64,000 nucleotides of DNA from Bugula neritina (Eukaryota > Animalia > Bryozoa). Below, one piece after another: positions 56,993 to 64,000 of this stretch. The DNA is taken from assembly GCA_964035545.1 (NCBI GenBank), contig OZ037767.1, positions 6,898,707 through 6,962,706 on the forward strand. Reading direction: 5' to 3'. A program made the translations under genes and the position numbers. The notes beneath the pieces were generated by a model. That model had not been told where the DNA came from and ran no database searches. It worked only from the letters and a program-made list of their open reading frames with translations. The stretch's first letter is position 1. Every line of letters starts with the position of its first letter.

Positions 56993-59900
56993 TGTAGTGT
57001 CCTTTATAATAAATAGTAAAATTTCATAAATTTGGTTTTATTTAGTTTGCTTACTGACACTCTGCTGCCAATTTGTTCATAACTGTCATAATATATATCA
57101 ATTAGCAATTTAGCATTTACCGACATTGCCACACTGCGTTTGTGTTGTCACATATTCCAACAGTGATGAATCACCCATCCTTAGTGTACTCTTTAGCACT
57201 TGTTTGTCACTGTTTTTTTATCTTCAAGACCATTTTAGTATCACTCGGTGCATTGCAAGTTTTATTTTGCACTGGCTGCACTCAAAAAACCATGACTAAG
57301 AAACTGAGTGCACTAGCTTTACACATGCCGACAAAAACAGTTAAAATACATTTAGCCAGGACATTATCGTAAGAACCCTCAAGCGTCAAGGTTCCATTCT
57401 CATCTACTCTCACATAATATTATAGCTATTTTTACAAACACACGGTATAAAATGTTGCTTTCTTTATACTACTAACTCTCTCCTAGAAAGGGTGAAAGAG
57501 TTTCATGGTGTAAAAGGTGTAAATGGTGTGAACAGTGTAAATCAATAAACTATCTACACTAAAACATACACCCGTATGGAACTTTCATAGCAAACTAGGA
57601 GGGCAGTTACAGTGAAACTCTTTCCTAAAACTTAAAGTGAAACTCTTCCCACTTGCCTTTGACAAGTGTTAGACTCTTAGCTCTCACGAAGTGGAACTTT
57701 AACCTAAGACAGCAAGTAAAACTTCCCACTTGCTGCTGACAAGCGAAACTGTAACCTGCTTACACTCAAATGATTGAACCTTGATTTTCCACTCTACATC
57801 AAGCTCCCACAACTTTAATCCAAAACAGCACGTAATACTCTAATGTGAAATGCTTCTATCCTCATGCACAGAGTAAATTCTCATTCATCACTTACGATAA
57901 GCACAAGCACACCAAACCCAAGTTAAACAACTCAACCCACAATTCACCCAAATCAGGCATACAGTCTCCGGGGAAAACTGACCAGCAGTCGAACGATAGC
58001 CAAACTATCAGCCTATACAGTCGTACCGAGCCAGCGCCAGTCAGCCAAGAGCCAGAGCTACAAAGCCAGAGCCAAGAGCCAGAGCCAGCAGCCAACAAGA
58101 CTCCAGAGCGATAAGTTTAATTATATCTATACTGTATAAGTTTTTACCCAACTGACACATTGTCCTAGTTAACCACAATTTACTTCTTGTACTACATAGC
58201 TACCAAATTTTACATAGCTCTCAAGCTAATTATAACTTTTCATTCACATATCACAATTACTATTAGTGAGCATCTTTATTTTCATTTGTTCTATCTCTTT
58301 ATTACTGTAACATCGCTGTTGTAATAGTGACAACACAGCGTGCTGCGTTTACATTCCGGGCAATAACTAGGTCAAAGCAATAATTTAACAGTCAACGCAC
58401 TACGATTTTCCTTGCCTACTGTGGTTACGCGTGCTATCTTTGAATTTATTGTGCGCTTTGTGACAGTAAGCCAACTGACCAGAAATTCGATATTTTCAAA
58501 AAACTAATTAGGAGTTGTGTTTTCACGCCAAGATATTCAACACTAAATTCTCACACATTTTGCTATTTCTTTTTGTCAACCATGTATAAACAAAATACTC
58601 AATCAGAAAATGCTGCAATTAGTGACACTTTTCAGTTTGACCAGAATTCGTCAGCCAAAAATTACGAGACATTAGAACAGGAAATTCCACCCACACAAGG
58701 ACATGTTGAGATACATGAAGACAATCCAACTCATGCTAAACGTATTGAAATCAAACTATTGGCAGATAAATTAAAAGAGATACTAAAAAACTGCAGTGTG
58801 TTTCATCAGTTCATAAGTAAGGAATTTTCCTCACATAAAGAGATATCGTTTGAGACTTTAGAAGGTTTAAAGACGCAGCTTATTGAAGAGAAGGCCAATG
58901 TAATCAAGGCCTATGAACAATTGCGCGAAGCTTGTGGCGATCTTGAACCAGATCTAAAAATCAGAAACCAAATTGACCGCGTAGGAGCAGATAATGAAAA
59001 TTGTCTGCAACAAGTCTTAGAGCTGATGCATGTCTATACAACGCGTTCTAAAACTGCTTTATCAAACCAACCAGGCGCATCATCAGCTGCTTTTCTGTCT
59101 AAACCACGTAACCCATCAGGTTCAGTCATTTCAATTCAATCTCGATCCCATCTCACCTCAGCTTCCAAATCATCCCGTGCTAGTTCAAAAATTAAAGCTA
59201 TGCAGTTGGAAGCTAAAGCAAAATCTGCAGCTCTCAAACAGAAACTTGAGTCATCAAAAAGCACTCATGCACTAGAAATGCAAGCCAAACAATTGGCAAT
59301 GGCTATAGAGCAAAGCAAAATTCAAGCAGAACTTGATGCCATTGAAGCTGAAGAACAGGTTCTTTCTGAGGCTATGGAAGAGGAAGGCAGTATTTCACTT
59401 TTTCATCCACTACCCCAGCCTAACTTCACACAATCACATGCTGAACTCGATAATCCAGCCAAGTCTTCCTCTATTGTACTTCCAGCACCTGCACCTAACT
59501 TTAAACATTTACATGTCGAAACCCATAATCCAGTCAAACCTTCTATCATGCCTCCAGTACCTGCACCTAGGACTCAGACTAAACATCCTATTACCAACCC
59601 TCAGCTCTACCAGGCACCAGCTGACTCCACTTCGTACCCTACAAGGAGCCCTGTAGACGTCACTCCACCATGGAACATCAGCTCCGTTTCTGATCAACAA
59701 GCATTTGCTAACACACTAGCACAAGCTATTCACACAATCAAACTAAAACCTGCCGAGCCCACTGTATTTTTTGGTGAACCCCTCGAATATTTGGATTGGA
59801 AGGTGGCATTTGAGGGTCTCATTGAGAGTGGTAGTTACAATCCCCTCCAAAAGATAGCTCTCCTTCAACAATATTTAGGTGGTAAAGCCAAACGAGTAGT

Positions 59901-62900
59901 AGCAAATTTATTCCAAATTGGAACTGAAGAAGCATTTAAAGAAGCAAAACGCAAGCTAAATGATAAATTCGGGAAACCCCACATACTCACTGAAGCATAT
60001 CGGACCCAGTTGGAACAGTGGCCCCTTATCAAAGAACATGACGGGGAGGCACTGGAAGAACTAGTCAATTTTCTAGAATCCTGCCAAACCGCCATGAACA
60101 AGCTTCCTGAACTCAACTGCCTTAATGATCGAAGAGAAAACGAGAAAATTCTCGCTAAATTACCAATATCGGTAGGCAATCGTTGGGTCAAAATAGCAAC
60201 TGAAATAGAATCAGCAACAGATCGGTTTCCATCAATATTTGATTTTGTTCGGTTCTTGTCTAAAGAAGCTGATGTAGCAAGCAACAGTCTAAACAAAGCC
60301 ATAGCCAAAAGAGTTGTATCAAATAGAAACCATGATAACAGCTATAGGCGGAATCAACCTACTCGCAAGTCTGAAAAGCAGGCAACAGCATTTCTCGCTT
60401 CAGAAAATCAAGCTACAACAGCCAACATATCACATGACACCACAAAACCTATGAGTAAGTACCCATGCTTGATGTGTAACATGAACAACCATGGCACTGG
60501 CATCTGTTTCAAACTTGAAAAATTACCTCATTCAGACATAGAGAAATTATTTGACAATAACAACCTTTGTTATTCATGTGCGAAGCCGGGACACAAAATG
60601 GATAAATGTCGCCACCCTGCGACGTGCACTAAAAAAGACTGTAAGCAAAAACATCTTGCTGTGTTCCATAAGTATTACAATAGAGGCAGCGAAAATAAGA
60701 CCTCTCAACCAAATAAAATTTCACATAACAATCAAATTCGAGGCAGCGAAAATAAGTCCTCCACTCAAAACTCAACTTCCAATAAAGGCAACGAAAATAA
60801 TCCAACACAAGCCACCGCACGTAACTGCGCCGGAAATAGGCCAGCAAACCTCGCCTCATGGACTATTCCAGTGTATGTATCATCAATAGAAAATCCTGAC
60901 CATGAAGTCCTAGTCTATGCTCTATTAGACTCTGGTTCTAATCACACGTTCATCACTCACGACACTATTAATGCACTCAATGCCACTACTCATGATACGG
61001 ACATGAGTATCAGCACCCTCACTGATGTACAAGGGTCTACATCCAGCAGACAAGCTGCAACTGGGCTGTTAGTCCGCGGCTACAATAGACAAAAGTATAT
61101 TAAGCTGCCAACTTGTGTTAGTCAGTCACAAATACCCTTCAATCGCAATGAAATTCCTAATTCCATGTCCGTACAGGACTGGCCCCATCTACGTCACCTT
61201 GCTTCTGAATTCATCACTGCCAAAGAAGGCAACCAGCTCACTCTCGGTCTCCTCATTGGTGGCAATCTGCCACAAGTATTCATGTCACGGCAAGAAATTA
61301 CTGCTGGTGACAATGTGCCATTTGCTAGGCTGAGTGATCTTGGTTGGCTACTCATGGGAAATACCACACAAAATAATACTCAAAAGAACCCCCGTAATTT
61401 GCTTACGATAGTAAACCTTGCAGTCTTACAACCCACAACCAGAGAAAATATCTCATTTAAGATACAGGCAGACAGCCACAATGAAGATGCCAACCTGGAA
61501 ACCAAAATCCTTAAGATCCTAAGCTCTGACTTTGATTCAGATCCGTCAAATGAGAATTCAAAGATGTCAATCGATGACATCAACTTCTTGAAACTCATGA
61601 AAGAGCAAACATATAAAGATGTAGAAGGTCACATCACTATGCCTCTTCCACTAAAATCTCAACCCGGTCTGAACAAATCTAAATACATGGCACTCAATCG
61701 ATTCAAAAATCTTCAAAAAAATTTAACTGATCCTACTTTCTCTGAGCACTATCACAAATTTATGAATGACATCATAACACAAGGTGAGGCAGAACTTGTT
61801 CCAGATGACCAGAAAAACAATGAGAGCGCATGGTACATCCCTCACTTTGGTGTTTACCATCCCAAGAAACCTGGAAAAATTCGGATTGTCTTTGATGGAG
61901 CCGCCAAGGTGGGAGGGATGTGTCTCAATGACTATCTGCTCCAGGGTCCTGATCAAATGAATAGCTTGATAGGTATTTTGATGAGATTCAGGAAAGACCT
62001 GGTAGGAGTAACCTGTGACATTGGTAGAATGTTCCATCAGTTTCGGGTTTTTCCTGAACATAGAGATCTCCTCAGGTTTCTTTGGTATGACGAACAGGGA
62101 GAGATAGTTCCTTACAGAATGAAAGTGCATCTCTTTGGCGCAACGTCATCCCCCGCATGCACAACATACGGTTTGCGGTCACTCTGTGACACTAGCATCA
62201 ACCCAAACACACTTGCTAAATCGTTCATCAGAAACAACTTTTATGTAGATGATGGTTTAATGAGTTTCTCTGATACTGACTCTGCAATTAGTGTGGTCCA
62301 AGACGCCATATCCATATGCCAAGAAGGCAATTTACGTCTTCACAAATTCTCATCTAACTCATCTGCTGTTCTCGAATCTATCCCCGCTTCTGAAAGAAAT
62401 GTGCAAGACATCCAAACTCTTGAGCCTGATGATGATTCTCAACCCATTGAAAGAACTCTAGGTCTTCTGTGGTCACTCAAATCTGATGCTTTCACATTCA
62501 GCTCATCCATCAAGTCAAACCCTAACACTCGTTCAGGTGTTCTCTCTACCATTGCATCCATATTTGATCCTTTAGGCTTCCTCTCCCCATTCATTTTGAA
62601 GGGTAAAAATATACTCCAAGATATGTGTAGAATTTCAGCTTCATGGGAGGCAACCCTAGAAGGTGAACTGTTATTACGGTGGGAGAGCTGGAAATCTTCT
62701 CTGTCCGATCTCTCCAACATCCACATCAAGAGATGCTACAAACCACATGATTTCGGTGATATCTCCAAAGCAGAAATTCATCATTTCTCCGATGCCAGTA
62801 CAGATGGCTATGGTGAAGTCAGCTACTTGAGAGTGGTCAATGCCAAGCACCAAGTCAATGTTTCCTTGCTCATGAGTAAAGGTCGAGTAGCTCCAATCAA

Positions 62901-64000
62901 ACCCATCACAATCCCCCGCATGGAACTGCAAGCAGCAGTCACCTCAGCACAAGTATCCGGCATTATTAGGTCAGAACTTGGAATGGATGTCACTGAAACA
63001 TTTTGGACTGATTCTCAAGTTGTACTTGGCTATCTCAAAAACACCTCAAAGAAGTTCCATGTATATGTCACAAACAGAATCCAAAAGGTTAGAGACCAGT
63101 CATGTCCAGAAAGTTGGTTTTACGTACCAACAGACCAGAACCCTGCTGACCATGCCTCAAGAGGTCTGACCATTGATCAGCTAAACAAATCCAACTGGTT
63201 CACGGGACCAGATTTTCTCTGGAATGAACCGATAGTAACCCCTGAGCAGCCAACCCCACAAGTTAGAAATGATGACAAAGAGGTCAAGTCACTTGTTACT
63301 TCAACCCATGATACCTCCACCCATCCAACACTTTATCATTTGCTCCATCGCTTTTCCTCCTGGACGACAGCTGTCAAAGTGACAGGACTATTCATTCAGA
63401 AAGCACGCTCTAAGCACATGAAAAGCACTTCTTATGATATAAAATCTGCCTCTGAATCATACATCATCAAATCTGCACAACAGGAGCATCTTCCTGAAGC
63501 TCAATGCCTGAAAGATGGCAAGAAAATCAGTCAAAGCAGCCCTATCTTCAATCTCAGCCCATTCCTTGATTCAAAGGGTATCATGAGAGTTGGAGGTAGA
63601 CTCGATCATAGCGCATTCATTGAGTTCTCAAACAAACACCCAATCATCCTTCCCAAGGCCGGACATTTTACCCAACTTCTTCTTCAGCACTTCCATAACC
63701 AGGCTAAGCATCAAGGTCGTGGAATGACCCTAGCTCAAATGAGATCAGCTGGTTATTGGGTCATAGGTGCTAGACAGCTAGTTACCTCTCTCATCTATCA
63801 TTGTGTGGACTGCCGTCGTGATCGCGGTAAGCCAATCATTCCAAATATGTCTTCACTTCCTGCAGAAAGAGTTACAGAGTCACCCCCTTTCACTTATTGT
63901 GGAGTCGACTGTTTTGGCCCCTTCCAAGTCAAGGATAGACGCACTGAACTGAAACGTTATGGTCTGATGGTCACTTGCTTGGCCAGTCGAGCGGTCCACA
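56993..64000 (+). mobile_element. BEL/Pao LTR retrotransposon, 5' part (runs off window)
   Basis: Starts TGTAGTG at the point where pPolB homology stops; ~1.6 kb LTR/leader (LTR end not resolved), then a single gag-pol ORF. Confidence 0.92.
58582..64000 (+). CDS. BEL/Pao Gag-Pol polyprotein (partial, no stop in window)
   Basis: Manually read frame, spot-checked: three Cys/His knuckles (CLMCNMNNHGTGIC, CYSCAKPGHKMDKC, CTKKDCKQKH), YALLDSGS (~60916-60939), FYVDD (62239-62253), HHFSDAS RNase H, integrase GVDCFGPF...TCLASRAVH. It is absent from the ORF track, consistent with being open to the window end. Confidence 0.92.
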   Translation, partial: MYKQNTQSENAAISDTFQFDQNSSAKNYETLEQEIPPTQGHVEIHEDNPTHAKRIEIKLLADKLKEILKNCSVFHQFISKEFSSHKEISFETLEGLKTQLIEEKANVIKAYEQLREACGDLEPDLKIRNQIDRVGADNENCLQQVLELMHVYTTRSKTALSNQPGASSAAFLSKPRNPSGSVISIQSRSHLTSASKSSRASSKIKAMQLEAKAKSAALKQKLESSKSTHALEMQAKQLAMAIEQSKIQAELDAIEAEEQVLSEAMEEEGSISLFHPLPQPNFTQSHAELDNPAKSSSIVLPAPAPNFKHLHVETHNPVKPSIMPPVPAPRTQTKHPITNPQLYQAPADSTSYPTRSPVDVTPPWNISSVSDQQAFANTLAQAIHTIKLKPAEPTVFFGEPLEYLDWKVAFEGLIESGSYNPLQKIALLQQYLGGKAKRVVANLFQIGTEEAFKEAKRKLNDKFGKPHILTEAYRTQLEQWPLIKEHDGEALEELVNFLESCQTAMNKLPELNCLNDRRENEKILAKLPISVGNRWVKIATEIESATDRFPSIFDFVRFLSKEADVASNSLNKAIAKRVVSNRNHDNSYRRNQPTRKSEKQATAFLASENQATTANISHDTTKPMSKYPCLMCNMNNHGTGICFKLEKLPHSDIEKLFDNNNLCYSCAKPGHKMDKCRHPATCTKKDCKQKHLAVFHKYYNRGSENKTSQPNKISHNNQIRGSENKSSTQNSTSNKGNENNPTQATARNCAGNRPANLASWTIPVYVSSIENPDHEVLVYALLDSGSNHTFITHDTINALNATTHDTDMSISTLTDVQGSTSSRQAATGLLVRGYNRQKYIKLPTCVSQSQIPFNRNEIPNSMSVQDWPHLRHLASEFITAKEGNQLTLGLLIGGNLPQVFMSRQEITAGDNVPFARLSDLGWLLMGNTTQNNTQKNPRNLLTIVNLAVLQPTTRENISFKIQADSHNEDANLETKILKILSSDFDSDPSNENSKMSIDDINFLKLMKEQTYKDVEGHITMPLPLKSQPGLNKSKYMALNRFKNLQKNLTDPTFSEHYHKFMNDIITQGEAELVPDDQKNNESAWYIPHFGVYHPKKPGKIRIVFDGAAKVGGMCLNDYLLQGPDQMNSLIGILMRFRKDLVGVTCDIGRMFHQFRVFPEHRDLLRFLWYDEQGEIVPYRMKVHLFGATSSPACTTYGLRSLCDTSINPNTLAKSFIRNNFYVDDGLMSFSDTDSAISVVQDAISICQEGNLRLHKFSSNSSAVLESIPASERNVQDIQTLEPDDDSQPIERTLGLLWSLKSDAFTFSSSIKSNPNTRSGVLSTIASIFDPLGFLSPFILKGKNILQDMCRISASWEATLEGELLLRWESWKSSLSDLSNIHIKRCYKPHDFGDISKAEIHHFSDASTDGYGEVSYLRVVNAKHQVNVSLLMSKGRVAPIKPITIPRMELQAAVTSAQVSGIIRSELGMDVTETFWTDSQVVLGYLKNTSKKFHVYVTNRIQKVRDQSCPESWFYVPTDQNPADHASRGLTIDQLNKSNWFTGPDFLWNEPIVTPEQPTPQVRNDDKEVKSLVTSTHDTSTHPTLYHLLHRFSSWTTAVKVTGLFIQKARSKHMKSTSYDIKSASESYIIKSAQQEHLPEAQCLKDGKKISQSSPIFNLSPFLDSKGIMRVGGRLDHSAFIEFSNKHPIILPKAGHFTQLLLQHFHNQAKHQGRGMTLAQMRSAGYWVIGARQLVTSLIYHCVDCRRDRGKPIIPNMSSLPAERVTESPPFTYCGVDCFGPFQVKDRRTELKRYGLMVTCLASRAVH

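Noticed and set aside
56993-57029. C-terminal VVSFIINSKIS and stop of the 918-aa ORF as the true pPolB end
   Set aside because: Read-through into the inserted LTR; polymerase motifs B and C are missing.
58300-58420. BEL LTR end and PBS
   Set aside because: No clear TGG-starting tRNA complement found and the second LTR is outside the window, so the boundary is not called.
57142-63169. Short ORFs listed within the BEL element
   Set aside because: Off-frame or antisense shadows of the long gag-pol frame starting at 58582, or LTR/leader sequence.

Overview
AT-rich, intron-containing, CpG-poor eukaryotic DNA, most likely from an invertebrate animal; the species cannot be determined from the sequence. 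There are four main components. (1) An intact, young Ty3/Gypsy LTR retrotransposon (8549-16052) with 305-bp LTRs differing at one base, an ATAT TSD, a tRNA-Leu PBS and gag/pol in a -1 frame relation. It also carries a third, apparently spliced gene that encodes a zinc-finger/RS/coiled-coil protein rather than Env. (2) A five-exon host gene on the minus strand (22936-27160) for a secreted three-Kunitz-domain protein, surrounded by decayed Kunitz paralog fragments. (3) The left ~11.7 kb of a Polinton/Maverick (adintovirus-like) endogenous virus starting at 45272, with fibre-like genes, packaging ATPase, a PLA2-integrase fusion, major capsid, a disrupted penton, membrane-lytic core-like proteins and pPolB. 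Twelve of its 13 ORFs start with TAAATG, and several transcription units end in perfect AT-rich hairpins, which resembles cytoplasmic large-DNA-virus expression signals. (4) A BEL/Pao LTR retrotransposon inserted into the pPolB gene at ~56993 and running off the window end. The rest is MITEs, foldback elements, SINE copies and (TA)n tracts. All assignments are from manual motif recognition, not database searches.
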